Origin: Patescibacteria group bacterium
GTDB taxonomy: Bacteria; Patescibacteriota; Patescibacteriia; UBA1558; GWA2-36-10
Assembly: GCA_018819405.1 (NCBI GenBank)
Contig: JAHJQF010000001.1
Span: forward strand, 513,377-577,376
Reading direction: 5' to 3'
DNA: 64,000 nucleotides
The notes below the pieces were generated by a model. The model was not told the origin of the DNA, searched no databases, and saw only the letters and a list, made by a program, of their open reading frames with translations. Positions 48,436 to 57,550 of this stretch are shown piece after piece (the first letter of the stretch is position 1; every line of letters begins with the position of its first letter). The position numbers and the translations under genes were made by a program.

Positions 48436-50133
48436 ATGACTTTAGCTGTTAGATTCAAGCAGATAGTGGATAAATTTGGCAGGCATACAGCCTTGGCCTA
48501 TTTAGTTGATGAACAATACAAAAAAATAAGCTATCGGGAGCTAGATAGACGTCGTTTATATCAGGCAAATAATTGGAAAAGTTTTGGCTGGCAAAAAGGT
48601 GAAAAGGTAGCTCTGATGCTGGATAATTCTCCAGAATGGGTAATCAGTGATTTAGCGGCAGCGACTTTGGGTCTTATAGTTGTGCCAATTCATACTACCT
48701 TTAATGGTGAATATATTAAAAGGGTCATGGAGCACTCGGGCGCCAAGTATTTAATTATAAATCGTGAGTATTTTGATAAACACAAAAATACAATATTATC
48801 TTTTGACTTAAAAAAAATAATTATAGTAGGTGGTAGTCTAGATTTAAAGGATGAAAAAATTATTGGCTGGCCAAGACTGGATTTACAGAAAAAATTGGAG
48901 GATATCTTGATAAATGTGGACGAGGATGATGTGCACACTATAATATATACATCTGGTACTACGGGTGATCCAAAAGGCGTAATGTTGACTCATAAAAATT
49001 TGATAGTAAATGCAGAGTCAGCCAAAAGGAGTGTCAATATTACCTATAAAGATCGATTTTTTTCTTTTTTACCCCTTTCTCACGCTTTTGAGCGCACAGC
49101 TGGTTATTATTGTCCAATTTTTACTGGATCAAGCATTTATTTTGCCAGAAGCAGTAAAAGCATAGTAGATGATATCAAAAAAGCTAGGCCGACTATGATC
49201 AACAGTGTGCCCCGTATTTTTGAAAGGATTTATGGCAAGGTTTTTGACAATGTAGAATCAGGTAGTAATTTCAAAAAAAAGTTGTTTTTCAAATCTCTCA
49301 AGCTATCGGTTTTGAAAAGAAAAAATGAACTGGATTTTTTAAGCAAATTATCTTTATTTATTTTAGATTTATTGGTATTAAAAAAAGTCAGGGCGATATT
49401 GGGGGGTAGACTTAGATTGGCAATATCAGGCGGCGCTTCTTTAGATATAAAAATTTTGAGATTTTTTGAAAATTTGGGCATTGATATTATAGAAGGATAT
49501 GGTATGACCGAGACTTCACCTGTGATTGCTGTAAATAAAGTAAATAATAGCCGACCTGGTACTGTAGGCCAAGCTTTAGATTGTAATGAGATAGTCGTGG
49601 CTCAAAATAAGGAAATTTTGATAAAAGGTGAAAATGTAATGTTGGGATATTATGCTAATGATGGAGCAACTAGTGAAATTATAGACAAAGACAAGTGGCT
49701 GCATACAGGAGATTTTGGTTTCTTAGATAAAGAAGGTTTTTTGACCATAATAGGTAGAGCCAAGGATGTTATAGTGCTTTCTACCGGTAAAAATATTTTT
49801 CCAGAGACTATAGAAAATACATTAAATGAAAGTAGATTTATTGTTCAAAGTATGGTTTACGGAGACAATCAAAAACATATATCTGCTTTGATAGTCCCAA
49901 ATTTTGAACAATTAAAAAAATGGTGTGAAGAAAATAAAATAGAATTTGATTTAAACGATCAAAAAGTACAAGGCTTTTATAGAGATAAGATAACTAGTCG
50001 ATTGGCTCATTTTGCCCAAGTAGAACAAATAGGTGATTTTAAATTATTGGAAGAGGAATTTAGCCAAGAAAATGGAATGTTGACTCCTACTTTGAAATTA
50101 AAGAGGTATAAGATTAAAAAAATATATTTATAA
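48436..50133 (+). CDS. fadD: Long-chain fatty acid-CoA ligase
   Basis: IYTSGTTGDPKG, LPLSH.FE, EGYGMTE, LHTGD, GR.KD, LTPTLKLKR. Confidence 0.92.
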   Translation: MTLAVRFKQIVDKFGRHTALAYLVDEQYKKISYRELDRRRLYQANNWKSFGWQKGEKVALMLDNSPEWVISDLAAATLGLIVVPIHTTFNGEYIKRVMEHSGAKYLIINREYFDKHKNTILSFDLKKIIIVGGSLDLKDEKIIGWPRLDLQKKLEDILINVDEDDVHTIIYTSGTTGDPKGVMLTHKNLIVNAESAKRSVNITYKDRFFSFLPLSHAFERTAGYYCPIFTGSSIYFARSSKSIVDDIKKARPTMINSVPRIFERIYGKVFDNVESGSNFKKKLFFKSLKLSVLKRKNELDFLSKLSLFILDLLVLKKVRAILGGRLRLAISGGASLDIKILRFFENLGIDIIEGYGMTETSPVIAVNKVNNSRPGTVGQALDCNEIVVAQNKEILIKGENVMLGYYANDGATSEIIDKDKWLHTGDFGFLDKEGFLTIIGRAKDVIVLSTGKNIFPETIENTLNESRFIVQSMVYGDNQKHISALIVPNFEQLKKWCEENKIEFDLNDQKVQGFYRDKITSRLAHFAQVEQIGDFKLLEEEFSQENGMLTPTLKLKRYKIKKIYL

Positions 50134-50134
50134 G

Positions 50135-50734
50135 ATGGGATATTATATTTTGAAATATTTATTCTATCCATTTATCAAACTGTTCTGGTTAGATAAAATT
50201 AGTGGTCTTAATAATATACCTAAAAAAGGCTCTTTTATAATAGTAGCTAACCATAAAAGTTATTTGGATTTTATATTACTTTTTACTTTTATACCAAGAA
50301 GAATATCTTTTTTAGCAGCTGAAGTTTTTTTTAAAAGTAAACTATGGCACCCAATAATGAAAATCACGGGGCAAATAAAAGTTGATAGGGAATCCCCTAA
50401 TAAAGGGGAAGTGTATAAAAATGTTGATAGGTTATTTAAAAAAGGAGGGGTTTTAGGTATATTCCCAGAAGGAACTAGGTCTAGAGACGGCAAATTACAC
50501 AAGGGTTATAATGGAGCTGTTAAATTTTCTTTTAAGTATCAAGTGCCTATCATTCCTATTGGTCTAATAAATACCTTTGATGCTTTTCCTCCGCATAGCA
50601 AAAAGCCGAGGTTGGTTAGATGTATAATTAATATAGGTGAGTCGTTTTATTTAGATAGTACAGATTATGATATAGAAACTAGCAGATTAATGAACAAAAT
50701 AGCAAAACTTTCAGGTGAGGTATATGAAGATTGA
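50135..50734 (+). CDS. plsC: Lysophospholipid acyltransferase (PlsC family)
   Basis: NHKSYLD and FPEGTRS. Confidence 0.9.
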   Translation: MGYYILKYLFYPFIKLFWLDKISGLNNIPKKGSFIIVANHKSYLDFILLFTFIPRRISFLAAEVFFKSKLWHPIMKITGQIKVDRESPNKGEVYKNVDRLFKKGGVLGIFPEGTRSRDGKLHKGYNGAVKFSFKYQVPIIPIGLINTFDAFPPHSKKPRLVRCIINIGESFYLDSTDYDIETSRLMNKIAKLSGEVYED

Positions 50735-51398
50735 TAATAAGGACATTTTAGTATTTTTTGATATAGATAATACAATAGTGGATGGTTATACACAGAAATA
50801 TTTTATTCAATTTTTGATGAATAAAGGTAAGATAAGTAAAAAATATTTATTATTTTTAGCAATTTGGTTTATATTATATAAATTAAAAGTTATAAAAAAT
50901 ACAAACAGAGCTATAAAATTTTATGTAGGTTTATTGAATGGTCTAAGCGAACAAGAACTACGGAACATTGTTGATGATTTTTTCCAAAGTAAAATAAAAA
51001 ATCATATTTTTTTAGGGGCATTAAGAGATGTTAAATATCATTTGAAGAATGGACACAATGTTGTATTTGTTTCTATGAGTTTAAAACCAATAGTAGAAAA
51101 AATAGCGGAGTATTTAAAAGTTAATTATGTTGTAGCCACTAATCTAGAGATATTAAATGGGGTTTATACTGGAAAAATTTTAGGGTATATAATAGAAGGA
51201 GATTTTCGTCTAAATGCCATAAAAGAATACATAAAAATGTTCGACAGTGATAAATTAATAACACATTTTTATACAGATCATTATTCAGATATACCAATTT
51301 TGAGATTAATTGATAGTCCGCATGTTGTTAATCCAGATAATATTTTATATAGAGAGGCAATAAAAAATAACTGGGAAATATTAAAATATAAGAAATAA
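50724..51398 (+). CDS. HAD-IB family hydrolase
   Basis: FFDIDNT, VS.S, YTD..SD.P.L, VNPD; start set to ATG 50724. Confidence 0.88.
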   Translation: MKIDNKDILVFFDIDNTIVDGYTQKYFIQFLMNKGKISKKYLLFLAIWFILYKLKVIKNTNRAIKFYVGLLNGLSEQELRNIVDDFFQSKIKNHIFLGALRDVKYHLKNGHNVVFVSMSLKPIVEKIAEYLKVNYVVATNLEILNGVYTGKILGYIIEGDFRLNAIKEYIKMFDSDKLITHFYTDHYSDIPILRLIDSPHVVNPDNILYREAIKNNWEILKYKK

Positions 51399-54205
51399 TG
51401 AATGCTTTTGCTTTTTCAAGTTTAGTTACTAGTATTTGGAGCTTTGTATTAGCTAGTTTTGTTTTTATCAAGAATAAGAATAGATCAAGTATCTTATGGG
51501 CTAGAACCAGTGTGTCTATCGGATTTTGGAGCATGGGTTTGTTTGGTGTAACATTTTTTAAAAATTATCAATATGCCTATTTGTCACAAATAATTCTAGA
51601 TATAGGTGCTATATTTTTGCCAGTGTTTTTTGTAGATTTTGTAGCAAATTTAACAGAGGAGGGGAATAAATACAAGAAATTCATTAGATTTAATTATATA
51701 TTTGCAATATTTTTATCATTATTTAGCTTGACCCCATATTTTAAGACAGGTTTAAAGTCAGTATTTAATTTTGAGTATTGGATAAATCCAGGACCATTAT
51801 ATTTTGTATTTCCAGTATTTTTTATGGTATTAGCAATATTTTCTGTATTTTTGTTAATTAGCAATCGGAAAATGTCTTTAGGTCTTAAAAGGCAACAAAT
51901 AAAGTATGTCTTATACTCGGCTTTTATTGGTTTTGGTGGTGGAGCCTTCAACTTCCTGCCACAATTTTCACATATATATCCCATAGGTAATTATTTAGTA
52001 GGATTTTATGCTTTAGCGATTACTTATGCAATAATTAAGTATCGTTTAATGAATATCCGTCTAATCCTTACCCGTAGTATATTGTACGGTGTCTTAGTAG
52101 CTGCTGTAGCTGCTTTTTTTGCCCTATCGGTATTGGTAGTAGGTGAGGCTGTTGGGGGCAATACCAAAACTAGCAAAATAATTACCTATATTATTACTTC
52201 ATTTATAGTGGTTGTATTTTTGGATCCAGTTAAGCGCACTTGGGCCAAAGTGACAGATAAAATATTTTATAAAGACAAAATAGATTATCAGGATGCTTTG
52301 CAGCAGGCTAGTACTATATTGGCTAGAGAAATTGACTTGCAAAAATTATTGCAAAAATTATCTAAACTCTTGACCATTAGGCTCAAAATAAAAAATATAG
52401 CTGTATTAATTCCAGAAAATGGCATTTTTTATTCAGTAAAGCCTGTGTTGTCTGAAAAAAATAATCCAGGAATTAGTGTTTCGCAGAATTTTGTTGCTTA
52501 TCTTAATAATAATAAAGAGTTGTGTATAATAGAGGAAATTATCCGCGGTAGTAAGGAAGGAGAAATCAGCCAACAAACTCAAGATTTTATAAAAGAAGCA
52601 GAAAACTTAAAAATAGAAGTAGTGGTCCCTATAGTAGAGTCAGAAAATATTACTGCTATATTTCTTATCAGCGCCAAGCAATCGGGTGACCTTTACAATG
52701 ATGATGATGTCAATTTTTTCAAAGTACTCACTCCTCAGGTGGCCAATGCCATAGAAAAGTCCAAGCTTTATGAGGAAGTGGAGCAGTTCAATAGAGAATT
52801 GCAGCAAAAAGTAGAGGATAGGACCAAAGATCTCAAGCAGGTCAATCTGGCGTTGGAGGATAGAAACAAATTTTTGACTACCATGCAAGTAGTTATTAAT
52901 ATGGTTAGTCGCACTCTAGATCTTAAAAAAGTCAATCAAATGATCGCCGATTCTATTGCCAAAGAGCTTGGTTATGTTGGCGGTATTTTGAGTTTTGTAG
53001 ACAGCGAAAAAAAAGTTTTGCGTGTAGGGGCTATTACGTCCAATGAAAATGCTCAAAAAGCTTTTCGGATGCTTGCTCAAGAGCCACGTGAATATGAAAC
53101 AAACCTAGAAAATAATTATAATTTGTCAGCCCAAACATTTCTCAATGGAAAGATAAATTTTTCCGATAAGATGTCAGACTTTTTGTCCCCGCCGGTAGAA
53201 AAAGAGGCAATAGACAAAATTCAAGAAATTTTGGGTATCAAGACAGTGGTTGGTGTGCCTATATTTTCTGAAGCCAAGATAATCGGTGTGATTCAATTTT
53301 ATCTGCCAGTCAAACAGGATAAAATATCAGCTCTTGATATAGAAATTATGACAGCACTTACCAACCAAGTAGGTATAGTATCTCGCAACTTGAAATTGTA
53401 CAAAAATCTTCAAAAAGCCAATATGGATTTGCAGGATGCTAATATCCGTTTGCGCGAGCTGGACAAAGCCAAAAGTGAATTTTTGTCCATTGCTTCTCAT
53501 CAGCTACGCACTCCTATATCAGCTATCAAAGGGTATTTGTCTATGATGATAGACGGTGATTTTGGTAAAATACCACCAAGCATCTCTGCTGTGATAGCCA
53601 ATCTTTTTGAGAGTTCCGCCAGGCTGGCCAGGCTGATAAATATATTTTTGAACGTATCACGCATTGAATCAGGACGTCTCAAGCTGGAGAAAAAACCCAT
53701 CCAGATAAATGATATGATAGAAAGTGTGATGATGGAACTTGTCAATCAGGCCAATCAAAAAGGCGTAAAACTCAAATACAAAAAAGCCAAAAAAGCTCCG
53801 CCACTTATATTGGCTGATGCCGACAAGCTGCGCGAAGTAGTACTCAACTTGGTAGACAATGCTATCAAATATACTCCAGAGGGCAAGATTGATGTGATGG
53901 TAGAATATGACAAGGCCAATCTAAAGTTTTTGGTCAAAGACACTGGTATTGGTATAGATCCAATGGAGGCCAAGACTTTGTTTAGAAAGTTTGTCCGAGG
54001 TAGTGGTGTAGCCCAGATTCACACCGGCGGATCCGGTTTAGGATTATTTATTGCTCAAAAGATTATCAAAGAACACGGCGGTAATATCTGGGTAGAGAGT
54101 GAAGGCAAGGGTAAAGGCTCAGTATTTCAATTTGAAATACCAATATATGACGGACATGAAGTACCGGAGTATAAAAAAGAGGCAGAGGATAGTAAGAGTA
54201 AATAA
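51398..54205 (+). CDS. Sensor histidine kinase (HisKA_7TM, two GAF-like domains, HisKA, HATPase)
   Basis: GPLYF, YAIIKYRLMNI; ASHQLRTP H box, NLVDNAIKY, DTGIGI, GSGLGL. Confidence 0.93.
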   Translation: MNAFAFSSLVTSIWSFVLASFVFIKNKNRSSILWARTSVSIGFWSMGLFGVTFFKNYQYAYLSQIILDIGAIFLPVFFVDFVANLTEEGNKYKKFIRFNYIFAIFLSLFSLTPYFKTGLKSVFNFEYWINPGPLYFVFPVFFMVLAIFSVFLLISNRKMSLGLKRQQIKYVLYSAFIGFGGGAFNFLPQFSHIYPIGNYLVGFYALAITYAIIKYRLMNIRLILTRSILYGVLVAAVAAFFALSVLVVGEAVGGNTKTSKIITYIITSFIVVVFLDPVKRTWAKVTDKIFYKDKIDYQDALQQASTILAREIDLQKLLQKLSKLLTIRLKIKNIAVLIPENGIFYSVKPVLSEKNNPGISVSQNFVAYLNNNKELCIIEEIIRGSKEGEISQQTQDFIKEAENLKIEVVVPIVESENITAIFLISAKQSGDLYNDDDVNFFKVLTPQVANAIEKSKLYEEVEQFNRELQQKVEDRTKDLKQVNLALEDRNKFLTTMQVVINMVSRTLDLKKVNQMIADSIAKELGYVGGILSFVDSEKKVLRVGAITSNENAQKAFRMLAQEPREYETNLENNYNLSAQTFLNGKINFSDKMSDFLSPPVEKEAIDKIQEILGIKTVVGVPIFSEAKIIGVIQFYLPVKQDKISALDIEIMTALTNQVGIVSRNLKLYKNLQKANMDLQDANIRLRELDKAKSEFLSIASHQLRTPISAIKGYLSMMIDGDFGKIPPSISAVIANLFESSARLARLINIFLNVSRIESGRLKLEKKPIQINDMIESVMMELVNQANQKGVKLKYKKAKKAPPLILADADKLREVVLNLVDNAIKYTPEGKIDVMVEYDKANLKFLVKDTGIGIDPMEAKTLFRKFVRGSGVAQIHTGGSGLGLFIAQKIIKEHGGNIWVESEGKGKGSVFQFEIPIYDGHEVPEYKKEAEDSKSK

Positions 54206-54368
54206 TATTAGTTTTATTACCGCCGCGGCAAAGCCGCGGCGGTTTTTTTATTATTTCTATTGACAAGTTATTTCTATTGCTATAAACATAGCGACGGCTC
54301 TAGAAAATGTCCTCTCACAATTTTGTCTTTTTGGTCTAGAAACCTTGGTGCTTAGAAAGGAGCATATT

Positions 54369-55388
54369 ATGTTTTGCTGGCTTACCGTTAACAGATCTTG
54401 TAACATGCGTTGCCATTGGTGCTACGCTAAAGAAAAGATTGATAGTTCTTCTAGTATGACTCTAGATGTTCTGGAGTCAATATTGAGTGTGGTGGCTAAT
54501 AAACCAATAAACGTTTTTACACTTATTGGTGGAGAGCCAACCATACACAAAGATCTATCGTCTTTCATCAAGCGCCTCAAGCCATCACGAGTAATGATGG
54601 TAAGTAATGGTTTGAGATTGGCAAATATGTCATATTTGTTCAATCTCAAGGAGAGTGGTTTGGATGTAGTAGCTCTTTCTTTGAAAGGGGCAAATCAAGC
54701 GGAGTACCTAAAAAACACTGGTGTGCCAGGATTGGATAAGGTAGAACGGGCGGTAGCTAATATGAATGCTTTGGGCATGCAGTACAATATTTCGGTTACG
54801 TTTTCAGATAGTGTCATGGATTCGTTGCCGATGATATTGGATTGGATGCAATCATCCAATGCTCAAAGTATGTCTATAAACTATTGCCGACCTTATGTAG
54901 TCGACGGTAGAATCAGTGCACAGGGGGTTCCTAGCCCCGTAGAGATGGCAGAAAGGACAGTGCAGAGTTACGAGCTGATCAGGAAAAGCGGAGTACGCTG
55001 TACCTTTTCTTTCTTGTTGCCGCTGTGTTTGTTGCCGCGGGAGTTTATTGACTTGCTAGTCTCAAGGAATGAACTCTCAACAATCTGTCAACTTCAGAAG
55101 CATACAGGTATCATTTTTGAACCAGATGGTAGTCTAATCCCTTGTCATCATTTGTTTGACTACAAGCTCGGGAAGCTTGGAGAGGATTTTACTACCGCTG
55201 CGGAATTTGATACCTTTATGGAAGGAGGTAAAATATCAAGGTTTTATCGTAAGACAGGCGGTTTTCCACACGAAAAATGTTTGTCTTGCGATTTGCGAAC
55301 AAGGTGTGGTGGAGGCTGCTTGGTACAACACCTGCAGTATTCTCCTAGTGAATTAATACCCCAAGCTTTTGAAAGGATGGAGAAATGA
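54369..55388 (+). CDS. Radical SAM/SPASM-domain enzyme
   Basis: CNMRCHWC, GGEP, SNG; C..G.L.PC and CxxC-x5-CGGGC; AAGGAG RBS before ATG 54369. Confidence 0.9.
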   Translation: MFCWLTVNRSCNMRCHWCYAKEKIDSSSSMTLDVLESILSVVANKPINVFTLIGGEPTIHKDLSSFIKRLKPSRVMMVSNGLRLANMSYLFNLKESGLDVVALSLKGANQAEYLKNTGVPGLDKVERAVANMNALGMQYNISVTFSDSVMDSLPMILDWMQSSNAQSMSINYCRPYVVDGRISAQGVPSPVEMAERTVQSYELIRKSGVRCTFSFLLPLCLLPREFIDLLVSRNELSTICQLQKHTGIIFEPDGSLIPCHHLFDYKLGKLGEDFTTAAEFDTFMEGGKISRFYRKTGGFPHEKCLSCDLRTRCGGGCLVQHLQYSPSELIPQAFERMEK

Positions 55389-55546
55389 ACAACAACCAGT
55401 CTGATCTTCGGCAGATCGTCGATGATATGCTGGACAAGCGTATCGAGACGGGAGAAGATCTCAGTGGCTTCAGCATCCGTGGTGCTGTGGCAGGAGAGAT
55501 GATCTGTGGCGACTGCGGAGATGGCGATTGCGAATGTAGCTCGTAG
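55385..55546 (+). CDS. 53-aa Cys-rich peptide, candidate RiPP precursor (not in the ORF track)
   Basis: MNNNQSDLRQIVDDMLDKRIETGEDLSGFSIRGAVAGEMICGDCGDGDCECSS*; ATGA overlap with the rSAM stop, GGAG upstream, hairpin downstream. Confidence 0.8.
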   Translation: MNNNQSDLRQIVDDMLDKRIETGEDLSGFSIRGAVAGEMICGDCGDGDCECSS

Positions 55547-55601
55547 AGCTCTTCGTGATTTTACGGGGGTATGTCTGTAGCATGCCCCCACAATAAAGTT
55601 T

Positions 55602-56120
55602 ATGAAATTTATATATAACAAAGAAATTGACCAGCAGTGTCATGATAGATTGTCAGCTCATGATAGTATTTTTGGTGAAGTCAAAAAAACTGGCAGCTAC
55701 CCAGTGACCGAAGAGATTGTCAAACAGTTTAATGATAAATGGACAGAAGAAATTGATAAATATTTTGTAGCTGGTATATATAAAATATTTAAAAAATCAA
55801 TTCCAGAAAATTTTACAGTATATATAAATTCCACGCCTTATTCTATGGATATAGAGGACGGAATATCTATTTCAGCCTCATCTATCAATGTAATGATAAT
55901 GCTTGTTTGCCACGAGGCCAATCACTATATGTTTAGAAAGAGTGATTATAAAAATAAATATTTTCCAAATAAAGATATAGAAGAGGCTAAAGAGATTTTT
56001 ACAGTAGTAAATAATATTTATTTCAAAGATATTATGGAAAAAGAGGACAAGGCTTGGAGTAAATTTTTTGAAGAAAGAGAACAATTTTTACAACGATGGA
56101 AAGATCGCTTTGCCGGGTAA
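55602..56120 (+). CDS. Hypothetical protein with HExxH motif
   Basis: CHEANH...KE; AT-rich. Confidence 0.65.
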   Translation: MKFIYNKEIDQQCHDRLSAHDSIFGEVKKTGSYPVTEEIVKQFNDKWTEEIDKYFVAGIYKIFKKSIPENFTVYINSTPYSMDIEDGISISASSINVMIMLVCHEANHYMFRKSDYKNKYFPNKDIEEAKEIFTVVNNIYFKDIMEKEDKAWSKFFEEREQFLQRWKDRFAG

Positions 56121-56291
56121 ATTCCAGCCCTCGGCAACTCTGTCCCACGCATCTTTCGCTGCCAATCGTGATTTTTACGCCAGAAAGGAGGCTCAGTACA
56201 TCTGATTTTCCTAGGGGGCAGACGTATTTTGCATCTTGCTGATATGTCTGCCTCCACACTTTATATATAATATAGTTTTATATATTGTAGT

Positions 56292-56320
56292 TTGACAACA
56301 ATTTGAGGATGCCTTATAAT
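56292..56320 (+). promoter_or_regulatory. Consensus sigma70 promoter of the pro operon
   Basis: TTGACA-17 bp-TATAAT. Confidence 0.85.
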
Positions 56321-56331
56321 TTTTGATAGTT

Positions 56332-56397
56332 ATGAAAAAATTATTCAGCAACAACCAAGCCCCGCATCCTCGCGAAATAGATTTTAGCGCCCGCTAA
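56332..56397 (+). CDS. Putative leader peptide MKKLFSNNQAPHPREIDFSAR
   Basis: ORF begins just after the predicted transcription start, has CCG-CAT-CCT codons and lies in a paired region before a terminator. Confidence 0.5.
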   Translation: MKKLFSNNQAPHPREIDFSAR

Positions 56398-56445
56398 GGG
56401 ATGTTGTTGTTTTGAATATATTAAGTATAAATTTTATTAAGTAAT

Positions 56446-56473
56446 AACTCTTGGCAGCGGCTAAGAGTTTTTT
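56446..56473 (+). terminator. Attenuator-like terminator directly before proB
   Basis: AACTCTTGGC-AGCG-GCTAAGAGTT-TTTT. Confidence 0.75.
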
Positions 56474-56479
56474 GTGAAT

Positions 56480-57550
56480 ATGAAAGAAATAATAGTAGTA
56501 AAAGTTGGTACAAATACCCTGACCGCCAATGGCTCAAATCTAAATAATGATTTGATAGCTAATTTGGTAAAACAACTGGCAAAACTCCATGAACAGGGTT
56601 ACCAGGTTGTTTTGGTAACTTCAGGGGCAGTAGCGGCTGGCAAGGAGGCACTGTATTTATCAAATGGTGATAATACGATTGTAAAGAGGCAGGTTTATGC
56701 TTCGGTTGGTCAGGCTCGGTTGATGCACAAGTATGAGAATTTTTTTGCCGAGCACGGGCTCAATATCGGCCAGGCACTACTGACTCATGATGATTTTTGT
56801 CATAGAGCCCGATATGATAATGCCTTACAAACTCTTCATGGATTATTAGACAGTGGAATCATCCCTGTTATTAATGAAAATGATGTAGTAACTATTAATG
56901 AATTATCATTTGGGGACAACGATGTCTTGGCCGCTACCACAGCAATAGCCATAGGGGCTAGCAAACTAATTTTTTTGACAAATCAAGAAGGTGTGATGAC
57001 AGATAATCCAAATAAAAATTCAGACGCCAGATTGATAGACAAGGTAGAGGATGCTAAAGAAATTTTTTCTGTAATATCGGATGGTCTGCCTTCTTCTGGC
57101 GGTATAGGAGGCATGTTTTCCAAAGTCAATGCTGCCAGGATTGCAACCAGTGCGGGAGTAGCCACCTGGGTTGCCAGTGGTCTGAGACCGGCCAATATAA
57201 GTGATATTGTACAGGGTAAAAAAATAGGTACATATTTTGTACCAAAAAAAACTACTTTGACAGCTAAGTCTAGATGGATTCTTTGTGCCAAGAATGCTTC
57301 CACAGGTGTTTATGTAGATGCCGGAGCAGTCAAAGCTTTGACTGACAGAAAAAGTCTTTTGATGGTAGGTATTCATAAAATTAAAGGATTTTTTGAAGCC
57401 AAGCAGATAATAGAAGTAATAGATGATACTGATCGTATAGTGGGATATGGGGTAGTAAATTATGACTCAGAAAGCTTAAAAGCAGCCTTGGACAACCCCA
57501 GATCTTTGGATAAAGAAATAATACATGCAGATAATTTTAGACTAATATGA
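56480..57550 (+). CDS. proB: Glutamate 5-kinase
   Basis: VVKVGT, VTSGAV, NENDVV, FGDND, GGM.SK, PUA domain. Confidence 0.96.
   Translation: MKEIIVVKVGTNTLTANGSNLNNDLIANLVKQLAKLHEQGYQVVLVTSGAVAAGKEALYLSNGDNTIVKRQVYASVGQARLMHKYENFFAEHGLNIGQALLTHDDFCHRARYDNALQTLHGLLDSGIIPVINENDVVTINELSFGDNDVLAATTAIAIGASKLIFLTNQEGVMTDNPNKNSDARLIDKVEDAKEIFSVISDGLPSSGGIGGMFSKVNAARIATSAGVATWVASGLRPANISDIVQGKKIGTYFVPKKTTLTAKSRWILCAKNASTGVYVDAGAVKALTDRKSLLMVGIHKIKGFFEAKQIIEVIDDTDRIVGYGVVNYDSESLKAALDNPRSLDKEIIHADNFRLI

Noticed and set aside
55563-55590. Hairpins after accessory cassettes as integron attC sites
   Set aside because: No consistent RYYYAAC/GTTRRRY boxes, no integrase, and the cassettes are dispersed rather than arrayed.
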